A stretch of DNA of 64,000 bases from Rhina ancylostomus. Lineage: Eukaryota. Location: the NCBI GenBank assembly GCA_030265395.1, contig JARFYF010000050.1:19244044-19308043 (forward strand), in the 5' to 3' direction. Positions within the stretch are counted from its first letter, which is position 1, and each line of letters begins with the position of its first letter. The notes beneath the pieces were generated by a model. The model saw only the letters and a program-made list of their open reading frames with translations. It was not told the DNA's origin and did no database searches. Below, in pieces: positions 40,041-54,099 of this stretch. Both the position numbers and the translations under genes were made by a program.

Positions 40041-40439
40041 TTTGAATGCATATCTGCCTGCCTGTCTGCTTTTCTTCTGAACTTTGTGATTTAGGATACT
40101 CTAAAAATTTGGCACTATAATGATCAATATTTCAAAAGCAAAATGCTGGAAATCTGCAATAAAATAAAATGTTCTGGAAATATTCAGCATTTCAGGCAGT
40201 ATCTACAGGAGTTAATGTTTCAGTTCAATGACCTTTCATTAACAGTTCATGTATTTTCCTGTTCCCATTACGAGTACCCTTTGACAGTAAGCTGCAACCC
40301 TATTTTGCATCAACTTGCATTGAAGTCAGGTGTCTCACTACTACTGAGACTACAAAGGTGATGTCAAAAGATAAAACATTAATCAAGCTGCCCAAGTTTG
40401 GTAAGGGATGGATTTCAAAAACTTGGAGAAGATGAGAAG

Positions 40440-40757
40440 GAGTATACAAAATTATGAGGGGCATCGATGGGGAAACCTTTCCCCTAGCTTAGGAATCTAA
40501 AACTGGACGGCATAGATTTAGGGTAAGTGCTAAGAGATTTAGATGGGATCTGAGGGAAAAATCTTTTCCCATTGTGGTGGAGGCAGGTACTCTAACAACA
40601 TCCAAGAAATGTCTTGAATTGCCAAGTCATAGAAAGTTATAGACCAAGTGCTGGTCAATGGGATCACTGCAGATAAGTAGTTGATGCTCAGCATGGACAT
40701 GGTGGGCCAAAGGGCCTGCTTCTGAGTGGAATAACTCCTTGACTTTATAACTCTATG
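40440..40757 (+). mobile_element. CR1-clade LINE 3' end
   Basis: gtatacaaaattatgaggggcatcgat...gcatggacatggtgggccaaagggcctg...actctatga tail. Confidence 0.75.
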
Positions 40758-41388
40758 ATGGTTGAGAAGTGAAGAAGTTTAAGGAAGAATAAATGAAAAT
40801 AAACTACAGTTTTTCAAGCAGAGAGAACCAGCTCCATTGATCCCTGGTGTCATTATTGAATCACTTGGTTTTCTTATTCTTCACTTTGACATCTTTCCTC
40901 AATGGAGCACTCACAGGAACTACTGTGGGGGCAAACTCCACCACAGAAGTTGGAGGAAAAATGATTAATTTTGCCTTGAGCCTGGGAAAATTTGCAGGAA
41001 GCCGCCATTAAGAGAAATGTGGCTGATCGATGTGTGCTGATAAATGGCCTAGTGTTTGTTTAAGCAAAATTTAGTACCCTTGGTTTTGGTGGGAGGATTG
41101 CAAACTAACTGGTGGCAATCACAAAAAGGACACTTCCTTTCAACTTAACTTTCTGTGGAGCCAGGAAGATTGGGAGTGTTCCCTCAATTCCGCCACCTCT
41201 CTCGATTCACAGCACCCTGCTGCCCACTAATGAGCTCTCAACACTGCTGTCCCCTGCGACTCTAACAGTCTCTGCACAACTGAGAACAAGTTGTAGCACC
41301 TCTTTTACCCCAGTATTCCAATGATTTGTATGTGTTGACTGATATTTATCTCCTTTGGTATTCTGAGCCTCTATCTATGAAACTTATA

Positions 41389-41699
41389 CAGGCCATCCCT
41401 GGGTTATGAATGCCTGACTTACACATGAGCCAGCTCCCATAATGCTATTACATTCGAAAGTCTGACCTTTGATACATATGTTCATTCCTACAAATGGCAA
41501 AACTAGTTTCCTCTCTCTTGCCACTTTCAGTAATTTATTTTCGGTCTTACGTGCTTTTGATGCCATTCATTACAATACTGTACTGTGGAGGCATGGTTAT
41601 CATATTGTGTGATTTTTGTGTATTTTCTGACTTAAGTACAAAATTAATTCATGGACATCTGTAAAAATGAAATCCGTTCATTACTCGGGGATGGCCTTT
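41389..41699. mobile_element. Non-autonomous Tc1/mariner (pogo/Tigger-like) MITE
   Basis: TA|caggccatccctgggttatgaa ... ttcattactcggggatggcct: terminal inverted repeats of about 22 bp with TA on the left flank. Confidence 0.65.
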
Positions 41700-44600
41700 T
41701 AATCCACTTCTGGTTTTGTAGTTTTAGAAGACTGTCTTCCTATGTTGAAAGATTTATGCAAATGTGATATATTATGGATGCTGCAAGTCTGAAATCAAAA
41801 ATCAGAAAATACTGAAAACACTCAGAAGGTCAGGCAGCAGCTGTGGAGAGAGAAATGGAGCTAATATTTCAGGTCAATAACCTTTCTTTAGAATGCATCA
41901 GAGACACCTTGAAATGATTTCTTTAAGAAATTAACCACCTTAAATGTAAAACAACTGTTATCTTCTAATATCTGCTAACTCTCATCTTCAGAGTATGACA
42001 TGCTTGTGAACGTGGCCATGGAAGACCATTTGGCAGTGACCATTCTACAAAGCTGTTTATTTTAATCAATTATCGTTTGCAAATATTGATGGCTACTTTT
42101 TATCAGGTGCATATCATGAGCAAGAGAGGAATGAAGATTGTACATTGAATATATATTCAGTGTTTTAATATTTAATATTGCAATCACCTTAAAGGATTGG
42201 ATTTATTTTGAATTTGTTAAAAGCATCTATTTTGTGTAATTTTGTAGTGGATTTAGTTCTGCGTGGCAGCAGACTTTGCATTGAACATGTCGCATTGAGT
42301 TCGGCTCACATCAGCTGGACTAACTGATCCAATCCTTAAATCCATTTTAATGCATCTGTTTCTGGCAACCTTGAAACAGCTACAGCAGTCAAAACTATTT
42401 CTGTGAGTCAATCACACAGATTAAAAGCAATTTAAACAAAGAGCGAAACATTTCACACATGAAGAGTTCCATACACGCATCTTGTGGGCACTAGCACATT
42501 TGTACAGGCAGATTTTGTTTCCAGCTTCCCCTGATTCCCAGAATTTGCATAACTCCTTAAATCAGTTGATAAGATGAGCACTTTAAATTTTTAATGCTCT
42601 TTTTTGATTTTCTATTCCAAATTCTTTCTACAAGGAGATACATTTAGAGTACCTACTCTGAGTAATGGTCCTGGGATTCCCCAGCTATCTTGAGTTCCTG
42701 CTACCTCGTCCCTACCACATTGTCTTCATAAAAAAGCTTGCTTGCGGTTGATTTTCACAAATATCACTCCCAAAGTTAAATAAAGAGCTCACAATTAAAA
42801 GGCACTTTTTGTAATCTCAGAATATTCCTCTGTCCTTTTCACTGATGCACAAATCTTTTATGTGTAATTGATGCTATAATGAAGGGAAATTTGGAAGCAG
42901 CAAGATGCAGTGGAGAGCAAGGACCAAATAATCTGCTTTTTGGTGATATTATTTGTGGGATTTGATAGCAGGAGATCTCCCATTGAAATAGTGCATTGGA
43001 GCCTTTAAATTTCCATGACAAGGAAGCTGAGACAAAATGTCATTTGAGAGATGGCACTCCTCAGAAATGCAGTGAACGGTCAGTCTGGATTTATCTGCCT
43101 GTATCCTGGAGTCAGACTCGTGCCATTGATCTCATGACCCTAGCCGAGATGGCTACCACTAGTGAGCAGCCTCAAAGTTTTTGACCTATCCACCTAGCCT
43201 ACCCAGATCACACCTGCTTTGTTCCCTCCAGCACTGTCACTGCTAGGGTTTGCAGCCCCAGAACAATGGCACATCTTAGCATGGAGTTCAAGCACCATTG
43301 TGGGCAAATTGCTTCCCTCTGCACATGAGAACTTTGTCTTCAGTGTGCCCTGGACCCCTCAGGTTCTTTTGTTTCCAATCCAAGATTGGCAACTTTCTTT
43401 TCAGTCCTTTCTGGAAGAAGGCTATGTATCATATGGAAGTTGGTGTGCCTCTTTTCAATCAGCTCAATCAGTGTGTTGTTGATGCACAGTATCCCAGCTG
43501 AAGCCTACCTAGNNNNNNNNNNGTGTGAAAATACACGTCTGGTTAGGAAGTCCCTACTCTTGGCTGTGGCTTGCCTGGTTAACTGTGAAAGGAAGTTCTA
43601 TCTTTCACAGGTACTGTGGAAAGAGCAGAAACTTGGCATATCAAGTCCAAAATGAGCACCACAGCTTTTCTCTAGGAATGAAAATAGTCATTCTGGGATC
43701 AAACATCAGTGATTTGACCATCTCTGGAGATGTAAAAGCTACGAGAGGTACATATGCATTACACTAACACATTGCTCATCAATTTTCCCTAACAATGCTT
43801 AAAACCCTTGGTAAACTCAGATATTTATGCTAATCATGGCAGTATAAATGTGCCATGAAAATTTCAGTCCAGAGCTAAAACCAAAGTGATCCTAACTGCC
43901 TTGTCCCCTGTAGCTGGAGGTGGCACAATGCTGTTTCGGTTTAGCCTAACATAAGGAGCTAATAAACAACTCAGGATCCAATACACATCTTGATGATGGA
44001 GCATCATATGCCTCGCATCAAGCACTGTTTATATTTCCCTCTGGCACAAAACTGACAAGTTGATGTGTTAGCAGAAATATGTACTGACCAGGATACTAAC
44101 GACTGCATATGTGTTGGGCGTTCTGGCCTCCAATGACAACTTAAGCACCACTGTATCTGCGAGCAAGTATTCAGCTTATGCTGTATTGTGTACATGTTTG
44201 CAATGTTTGGAAAAACCCAGAAAAACTCATGCTTGCAGTTAATGTGTCCTGTGTAATTAAGGTTATATTAGTCAGTGTAGCTGAATTCACTGGATAGATG
44301 CAGAACAATATCATTTGTCTCAATACTACACTGGCGGGATATTTCAACCTTACACTCTGTTCCATTGTTGGGGACTTATTGTTGCAGACATTCTCATTCA
44401 CAATTTGGTTTATCTATTTTCAGGGCAGAATTGTTTGTAAGGGAGCACACTCAATCACAATTACCTCATTGCAACCAATAACAAATGAATGAGCTATTAC
44501 AGCTGTGCTGATTATTCAATTAAAATGCTAATCAACAGAAGATTAAACAGTGGATTAATCATCTTCTCTTTGAATCAGTCACACATTTGATCTGGTATTG

Positions 44601-44964
44601 TTCTATGGAAGATGGCTGAAATCAGTGTAACAGAATAAAAGAGCAACCTTTCCAATGTACTTTCAGCACTGGGTTAATTCACTAATTGTTAACAGACTGC
44701 ACATAAATTATTGCTCCAAGTGTTTGGTTAATCTTTCACTATTACAGTTCAACCAGTGCACAGCTGGGCAATAGTAATGACCACACATTGATCAGAGCCA
44801 GGGGGAGGGTAGTACAGGTCGTCCTCAGCAATCCCGGGTCAAAGAGGGGAAAACCCTCAACCCACCTTCACTGTCAAAATACCTGTACATCATTAAGCTG
44901 GCTTGTTATGACCTAGTGGGTGAATAACCTCGTGTCATGTACTGTCAAGACTCACTAATTAATT

Positions 44965-45177
44965 GCAACACACACAAAATGCTTCAGGAACTCAGCAGGT
45001 CAGGCAGCATCTATAGAGGAAAATAAACAGCCGGTGTTTCAGGTCGAGACCCTTCATCAGGACCCGAAACGTCAACTGTTTATTTCGATCCATAAATGCT
45101 GCCTGACCTGTTGAGTTCTTTCAGAATTTTGTGTGTGTTGCTCCAGATTCCAGCATCTGCAGAATCTCTTGTGTCTC
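44965..45177. mobile_element. Best-preserved foldback Penelope-type element with hammerhead-like cores
   Basis: Inverted arms of about 80 bp (44965-45045 and 45061-45141); minus strand tcCTGATGAagggtctcgacctGAAAc, plus strand gacccGAAACGTC. Confidence 0.7.
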
Positions 45178-45931
45178 ACAAACTAATTGGACAAGGTAGT
45201 GGAAGACAAATTGCATGCATCCTTATCCAACAAAGAATCTATGTCTGATGGGCAGCTGATAAGTAGAAAGATTGGTAAGAGAAGTATCAAATAAAAGGGG
45301 TATTTGACCAAGCTACCCACACCTGACACCACTGGAAGCATCCTCTTACCACAGGGTCAGCCCACATTCAGTGTTCAGTAAAAGATGGTTTGAGATTCCA
45401 GAAAGCATCTCGAGCAAGAAATCAACATGTGGAACAGCCAGTGAAAATTTCCTCAGGTAGATAATTCTAGCAACAATGTAAGTGTGATCAAAAAGATTTT
45501 ATGAGAAACATTGACAAGCAGAACGTTTTACGAATGTATCTCCAAAGTTGCTGCAAATTTGACAGCTGGAGGAACTCTTACCCCTGAGATACAGACCTTA
45601 TAGTTGTATTGGCCTGAATAAGTTAAGGAAAATAACTTCTTCTGACCACTTAATATAGCCTTAGAGAAAACCCTTAATATTTATGTAGCTATGTGTCACA
45701 TCAAGAAGTCTTAAGCTGATGCACAAAATAACTCATAAAACTGAAGAACTAAAAAAGGGAGCCCATTTTAGGAGAAGTAATGGTTTGTGCGCCAACGCTC
45801 ACCAATTCTCACACTTCACTTGAATCTTAGCTAACCACAAACAATAAGAACATATTTGTATGGCATATTTAACATGGAACCCCCCCTTCCAAGAAGCATT
45901 ACTAAAGCTTTATCAAAACAAAGTCTGCTGC

Positions 45932-46120
45932 TGTGGCGACTTACCTTTCACGAACTGGCTCCCACGATCGTGAGCGTCGTCGGAGGCCCCGACACAAGAT
46001 GGCGCAGGGCACTCTTTCTTTGTGGGCTAGTGGAGCCTGTGAGCGGGAAGGTCACGTGACCTGCGCGTGACGTCAGCGTGGGAACGGTGTTTATTAAAGG
46101 GGCAGCGCACCCCAGTCATT
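45932..46120 (+). mobile_element. Probable LTR fragment rich in CpG and promoter motifs, truncated by an N gap
   Basis: Starts TGTGGCG; contains CAAGATGGCG, AGGTCACGTGACCT, TGACGTCA and a TATA-like tttattaaa in an otherwise CpG-poor intron. Confidence 0.45.
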
Positions 46121-48072
46121 NNNNNNNNNNNNNNNNNNNNNNNNNNNNNNNNNNNNNNNNNNNNNNNNNNNNNNNNNNNNNNNNNNNNNNNNNNNNNNNN
46201 NNNNNNNNNNNNNNNNNNNNAGTTATATGAGGACAGAAAACCACACAAAAAATAACAAACAACATTTAATCATCATCTTTATGAAGGACAGAGAGGTAAA
46301 GAAATTTTGGAAGGAAATTCTAAAGTGAGCTCCACGGCTGCAGACAGTGCTGCCACCAGCAGTGGACTGTTTAAAACTGGGGCTAAATGGGGGAAATTGG
46401 AGATACCTTGGAGAGCTGAAGGACTGAAGGATATTGGAGAAAGGTAGTGAGGGATGAGGCTATGGGGAGAATTGAAAACAAATCCGAGGATTAGAATGAA
46501 GAAATTGCTTAATTAATGCAGATCAGTTAATACCAGGAAACTCAGAAAATGGAGTTAGTAACAAGGGTATGTGAATGATATATACACAAATTTAACATTT
46601 CCACTGAATAATTCCTCACAAGAGGTGAGTGGCCAAGACTTTCAATGACATGTTTTGACAGGTAGGTTTGTTTTTCCTGATCTTTTATATGGATAACAGC
46701 AGTCAAGTATCAAACAGCTAGACAATGGCTCTGGAGATATAAATTAAATCCCACCTTAGCAATTGGGGAATATAAATTTAAGCAATTAAATAATTCTGTT
46801 ATAAAAAGTAAACATGTAACTATGAAACTATCAGAATGCCGTAAAAACACGTCTGATCTGGCTTATATATAACTCCAGACACACCTATATGGTTGGCTAT
46901 TGAGTTCATAGGGGAACAAACAAGGTCAATAAATGCTGGGCTTGCCAGCAAGGTCAAGTTTGCATGAACAAATAAATAAAAAGATAAAAAACTATCCGGC
47001 AAAATGATTTCAAATGGATTTTACCCACTGTACTGAGATCTTCTGAAAAGAAATACCATCTGTTGAGACATTTTACTCAATTTTAATATGATCTTTTACA
47101 AGAAATTCTTACAAAGATGAAGTGATTCAAATAGAGATGACCTTCTCTTTACTCCATATTTCTCACTAAGTGGATCTCACATTTTGTAAGCTGGATAAGG
47201 ATTCAATGAAATTTGAACATCGTTGCGGCGATCTGATTTCAGATAGTCCTGCTTTCAAAGTACCTCCTGCATGCAATGATCGCTTGGTGCTTCATTTTGA
47301 ATTCATGGAACTATCTGAAAGTCGACAAGCAGATCATTGGATGCTGGTTACAGCAGGTTTAAAAGCTATACTCAGGAGTTTTTAAATCAATTTCTAACTG
47401 TGAGAAGGCTTCAGTAAGCAAAACAAGGAGATATTTATGTAAAATATTTGGTGGAAAATTGGACTATGTGGGGCAGCAGAAAAGGGATATAGTCCGTTTA
47501 AACAGGTTACTGGTCCATTTGTCATTGTGGTGAAGCAGATTTGACTGTAATAAAACCAAGCCTGGGGATGAATGAAGGGAGGCTTGCTTGTCATTGGCTT
47601 TGGATTTACAGTCACTGATAGCACTGAATTCCAGTATAGAGAGCCTGCTGATAAACAGTTATTAATTACTGTTTATCCAGTTTATTTCTTTTGAAAGTAT
47701 ATTAAATCCTTCTATAATTATTTGTGAATATATCCAAGGAATGTGGCCAGGCAAAGATGGCTATTTACTGCCTCTCCAGGGAATGCAGAACATATGCCAA
47801 CATTTAGACTTGGCAAACTGCAGCACTACGGTCAGGGAAGAGTAAAGATTTGCTGTAAATTAATCAAGTGAGCTCGACAGACTGCCTTGCTTCGAAACGA
47901 AGGCGGTAGCCATTAAAGATGATTTGGTACAGAATCAGGTAAAGGAAATAAAAATGAAAAATGAGCTCTTTCTGTCACCTGCTTTCATTTCAATCATTCT
48001 GTTTCTTCTTTTCATACTGCTTTCCTGCAGGTTTCTTTATTGCTTTCACTTATTTTCTGACTTGTAAAATTA

Positions 48073-48180
<108 letters not shown>

Positions 48181-50827
48181 TCATTCATCATAGCTAACCC
48201 CAGTGCTTAGCACTTGCCTTCATTCACAAATGAGTAACCACTTCCACACACCAGGGCTGGTAATTACAGCAGAGTTCTAGCTTTGTATTTGTATTTATTT
48301 ATTTGAATACATAATCTATGCAATCACCCATGTAGCTCAAAAAAGTTAAAACAGCACTGAAGCCATATACAGCAGGACATTTAGTGAAAAAACAGTCAAT
48401 TTAACAAAATAAAATAAAAAAATACAGGATCATTTTCTATAAAGCAATGCATGTATAACATGTGGATAAACACCGCTATTTACAGCTGTAAATAACACAA
48501 ATTTATTTCAGTTTCCTGTACATGACCATTGTTCTGGTTGTCTTCCCTGCTCCCATTTCATTTATACACTGTTAATGATCCAAGAGTCATCAGAGGGGAG
48601 GCGGCCTCTATTCACTCTTAGAACAAAACCATCAAGCCCCTTTCTTAAATGGGTTCTGCTATAAATAAAAATTACCTCTCCACGGTGACAATAGTGAGTG
48701 TTTAAAAAATTATTGCAACAGTGTTTATTTAAAAGAGAATCAATCTGGTTTTCAATTAGCCAGGAAATAAAATTGACCCAAATATTTCATTATTATTGAA
48801 AGAGCAGTGCAAGCCATGGCATTAAAATCTGGGTTCTCCAATTGGGGTTAATTTTAATGCATTTAAGATAATGCTGATCAGAAACTGCATATGATAAGCC
48901 AAGAAAATGAAAGCTCACAATGCAGACACATTTCTATGGAGTAACTAATTTTGATGAACAAAATTAAAATCATTTTAAAACAAATTGTAGAATTACGCAA
49001 TAAGCTGCACTTGTAAGGAAAACTTGCAACACAAACTCGTTGGTGAAATAAAGTTCAAATGTCCACTACTCACATGAATGTCAATGATAAATATTCTCCA
49101 TGCAATATTTTTGGTGCACTGGCTAATTACAATGGTCTTAAAATTCTGTGCGATTTACCTTAACAATTACTGAGGAATTTCAACTCCAAAAATTGATATA
49201 ACATTTTATAACGTATCATGTAATGTATCATCACATGCTTAAATTTAAACTGTAAAAGTAAATTTGGTTTTATTTGTAAGAAACAGCAAAAGTGATTATA
49301 ATTTAATAGATTCCTCAAACCAGTGAAATTCTGAAATACATTCAAGATACCCAGACAGATAACTACACTTCTTATTTAAGCATTTGGATGCAACTCCTAA
49401 CTACATAATCAAAAGATATCTTATGAAGCAGCTGCTGCCCTTTTTAAATGCGACATCTAAGCAACATATACAAATTGTTGGTTTTAGTTGGTAATTCTTG
49501 CTTGGTTGAATTTAAAGGAAAATCCATTTGTGATAAACTCTTAGTTAAGATTAAATTCTCTTTCAAAAAATAACATCTCGTACCAAAACTCAGTTTTCTG
49601 TTATTATAAAACTCTTTGATTTTTTTATGCAAATAGAGAGACCAACATTTTTAGATGAAGGCATTATATTTCAAGTTGACTATGTTCCTCCTCATTATAA
49701 TCATATCGATTACATTATAGTGAGAATGCAGTGATCTTGATTACACCTCAGGGTCAATTCTACCACTTGTTTCCAACAAAACAAACAAAAAGGTAGCTGT
49801 CCGTCTACCAGGAGATAAGTGAAAGCATTCAAAATTCAGTGTCTAGTCACTGACATTCTATTCATAGATCTCGATTTGGAAACATCTAATGAACCTAAAC
49901 AGGGTGAAACAGCAAACTTAAAATTCTTCTAATTTGAATTAATTCATAAAAAAAATTAGTCTCTTTCATGGTATTGAACAACAACGACAAATGTAACAAA
50001 GTATCATTGGTGTTCAAAAGACTCTCTTGTCACTCATAGTTGGAGGATTTCCAATTATCTTAAAGTTTTCCAGTTACAGTGGGAATGGAAAGAAGGCCTT
50101 GGCACTTGGAGTGAAAGACTCCAATAACCACAAGCTCCAAAGATCCTGGATGTACAGGAAATCCTGTTCCCCTCGTGGCTTTCAGAAGTAATTGGTTTCA
50201 GATCTGGATAGTCCATACATGGACATCTTATTCTTCATATACTGAATCTATTTGAAGATTTGTTTGATTGCAATTGGACCTGGACTTATTTAAGCATTTT
50301 AAACTTCTTCTAACTTAAAAATCCCATGAAAACAATTATTGTTATCAAACAGCAAGAGCACATTTTGTCTCAGATTTTAAAATTTCTTTACATTATCGTG
50401 AAAGAAATGGGAAATAGAACTACTTAAAAACCACTTGTGTCCTAAAATTACACCATGAGATAATGGTGTACAGACTCTTAATGCATTCCCTTAATGCATT
50501 CCTTTCTCTTTGTTGTTTTACTGGCTGTATTAACCCATTTATTTTAAATAGGCTTACGCCTTCGCTAAAGTAGCAGAGAGGGGAATTCTAGATGCACAAG
50601 TTTAAACACATCCCCCAAAACACAATTGGAAACACAATTGAAGTTAAACAGCTTTTTGTTCTCTAATCTCTTTAGCTTGCAAGATACATCTTTTCAAGAA
50701 AATGATTGGGAAGAAACAGCAACAAAAGCTCAAGGAGGAACAATTTATTTATTTGAAGTTCATGAGTCCTTTGCTGGAGGGCCTAGTAATTGTAAAGAGG
50801 GGAAAGTCTCTCAATGTCAAATGCTTA

Positions 50828-50925
50828 ATCTGAACCTATTTCATTGATTCCACTATGGGTGGTGTCAAGTTTACTTGCTTCAGCTTGACACTGCCCATAG
50901 CAGAATTAATGAAATGGGGTCAGAT
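50828..50925. repeat. 98-nt ungapped hairpin (44-position stem, 10-nt loop)
   Basis: Positions 50828-50871 pair with 50925-50882: 36 Watson-Crick pairs, 5 G-U and 3 mismatches on the plus strand. Confidence 0.9.
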
Positions 50926-51170
50926 ATTACTCATGACTAGATCCCTTAATATACTATAAAATTGTGAATAAAGCCTGTTCTGTCCAGAGCTGGCTATTCT
51001 GCAAAAGCAGTGGACTTAATGCTGTCGAGACATTGCTCTTACAGGCATTAATCCCAGGAAAACCCAGCAGAAAGACCTCTTCATGCAAATACAAAAGAAT
51101 GTCTATGTATTGAAGTGACACAGACTGCTTATTCGACTGAATGCCTTTGGTGGAACATATTGCTCAATTC

Positions 51171-51240
51171 AGTGATTTGTTAGGCAATATTGAGAATGAT
51201 CTCTGAGTGATTTGTTAGGTAATATTGAGAATGATCTCTG
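51171..51240. repeat. Tandem duplication, 2 x 35 bp
   Basis: agtgatttgttagg(c/t)aatattgagaatgatctctg occurs twice with one mismatch. Confidence 0.95.
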
Positions 51241-52173
51241 TTGCAGATGCTTAACCGAGTAGAAACTCTCTCTGCAAATAGTTTGCAAATACTTTTCAAC
51301 ATATGAATATAAAAGAACCAATCTCTTCATTAGATAGGAAAGAAGAGTCCAGGCTCCTAATTAACATGGAGAGGTTTATCAGTTATCAACATTTTAAGAA
51401 TTCATTGACAACTTCTTTAGATTTGCTGACAATCCAAGACCACACCCAAAGAATTTGTGAGATCGCTTTTATGTTGTAACTAATGTCCTAATTTTATTTA
51501 ATAACATTTCTAACAGTTACTCTTCTGTAAAGTCTAATCTTCACAGGTGCTAGGGCTATGAGGACTGTAAGACAGCAAGCACTGACATGTTAGAACAATT
51601 TGATCAGAAGTATATCTAATTTGGATATAGTGCAGTTTAATTGTTTCTGCTAAATACTTCTCACAGGTTTGAAAATACCATAATCAAAGCTGATAACCCA
51701 TTAATTTGATGCTGCAGGAACTAATCTGCCAATGTTTAGACCTGCAATTTTCCTTGTACACTCATGCTTGCATATTCAAGGTTAATTTGATATAAAACAG
51801 GCAGCTCGTACCTCTGAACTTTGACTATTTTTACATTTATTTAGCAAATAGATATTTGAACTGCTGCACAGGACAGAGAATTTGTCCATGATTTTACTGT
51901 GCTTTCCTGATTTTTTGAAATCAGTGAAACTAGACAGATCTATTTAGCTTGTTTTGTGCTTATATAAACACTATTTGCCAATGTTTAGTTCACGTCCAAT
52001 TCAAAGTAGAAAATTTAGCCTTGATTATACCCTACACTGTGGAGACTCCATGTTCAATACTATTTCCAAAGTCACAATTTGGTTGTATTTATCATTACTT
52101 TCAATGTTTTGCTTTAAAATCTTCTATGTAGAAATAATTAAACCATTGGGTCAGCAGCTGCTGGTTGCCTTAC

Positions 52174-52234
52174 CATTTGTATATTGATTGGGGGTCTTTT
52201 TGTTCGTCATTACTCTTGCTGTTGCATTGTTTAC
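52174..52234 (-). CDS. RBFOX3: RBFOX3 coding exon, 61 nt (VNNATARVMTNKKTPNQYTN), end of the RRM
   Basis: Acceptor tttaatcacag, donor ATG|gtaagg; VNNATARVMTNKK is the conserved RBFOX sequence. Confidence 0.96.
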
Positions 52235-54099
52235 CTGTGATTAAACAGTGAAACAAATCACATTCAGGAATTAATGGGACCTTCTTGGAGTAAATCATAA
52301 TGTACTGAATAATCTGTAGTTGACCACACAAAAAAAATTCAAGAACCTTGGAATTGTCTCTATTCAGTCATGTGAAATAATAATCCTGTATTAATTATTT
52401 CACAGAGGACTGTAACAGCTTGTGTGAGTCCCATGATCTTGCTGTAGGCACTCTGTGCATTCTGCAGAACACTACCGGGTTGCGGCAACTCATTTAAAGC
52501 TAAAACTCTATATATTAATCATGATATATAATCGCATAATGTAAAACATCCTTGAAAGAATATTATAAGCTATAATCCCCAGATGGCTTTTGTTGAACTG
52601 TTACAGTTCTAACTATCAGTTTAAGCCGTTGTTTGAACCCATGGATTAGTTACAAGCTTCCCTGGTATCTATGATTGCCTTGACTCCAAATTTTGACTCA
52701 AGTATTTCAGTAATTGCACTAATGCTTATGTTAAAATAGCAGATAAAACAGTTTCATGTTATTCATTCATATGCAAATGTTACACAGCTCAATTTCACCT
52801 CATTTACTTTTGCCAGTGTAGGGAAGAAATGACAGACCTAGGTGAGTTTTTGACCTTTTCTTTGGACTCAAAGACCACATTACATACCATGGTAATGTAT
52901 TCCAAGAGGGACTTGTGGTATAGGTATAAATCATGCTCAGTTTGTCCTGCATTGCTTTTCAATTCCATCTTAAGTGAATATTGTCCATTATATCTGAGTG
53001 ATATATCCAAGTTCCATAATCGTTTATTGTACTAGATCATGATCCCAAGTTCCATGATCACTTATTGGATTACAGCTTTGTGGAAACATCTTACTGTGCT
53101 GTGAACTGATGCCCACTTGGAAAAAAAATTAAGTCTGCCTTGATTTCATGGCTCACCCGTAGCCCCTAATACCAAGAAGCAACAGGCAAAGACAATTAAC
53201 TTGAGGATGATAGCAACTAGCAAAATGAATCAATGAGACAATGAGAGAAAAAACAGCAAGAAAGTGAGAGAAGCTTTTACCAAGTTAATTTACATGCCTA
53301 GGTAATGTTTCAGGAAAATATATAGTTCCTCTCAACAGTCTGCCAAAGTGTGGAAACTTACACAGCACTGATACATGGAGCACCCATATCTGCACTTCTC
53401 AGGCTTATTGGCAACTCCTGACATTTGAATGGATTTGGCAGCAACATTTTTAAAATTACAGTCACAAAAATTCAAATTTAAGTTTAAGTAGCCTTTGATT
53501 TTATTGTAATAAATCAATCTTGAAAACCTGCTGCATTTTTCCACATTGTTGTAGCCACTAAATCTGTTAAATTGACTGGACAATACAGACATTTTTATTT
53601 TAAATCTGATTTATAAAAACCACAATTTCCTCAAACAGATTCTTTGCAACTCCATTCTATTAAGTTCATGACAATGACAATGATTTCTGTCTAAGTATAT
53701 AGTTCTGCAATCCATACACATGATGCATTTGGATTCACATTTATGCAGTTTATTAATGACCTCAATTCTCACCTTTGCAAATGGAAATTCTCAGTGATAC
53801 TCATTTAGATGCAGCAACTGAATGTGTCATGGTCCATTAGAAAATAGTAAAGCCTACTCTCTTTAAATGCCATCCTTCATATCTATCCACAACTTATATT
53901 TAATTATTAAAATCTAATAGCATTGTACAAGATGAATTAAGGGTTAAAGTTTTAATGACAATATTTCTGTAGCTTTTAGTCTCAATTTTTTGGTTAACAT
54001 CATTCCTATTATACTTCCTGATCTTTCGATTTTATGCATCATTGATGCTAATTTACCGCTTCAATCCTTTCAAAGAAAGATATCTAGTCTTAGGTGGGA

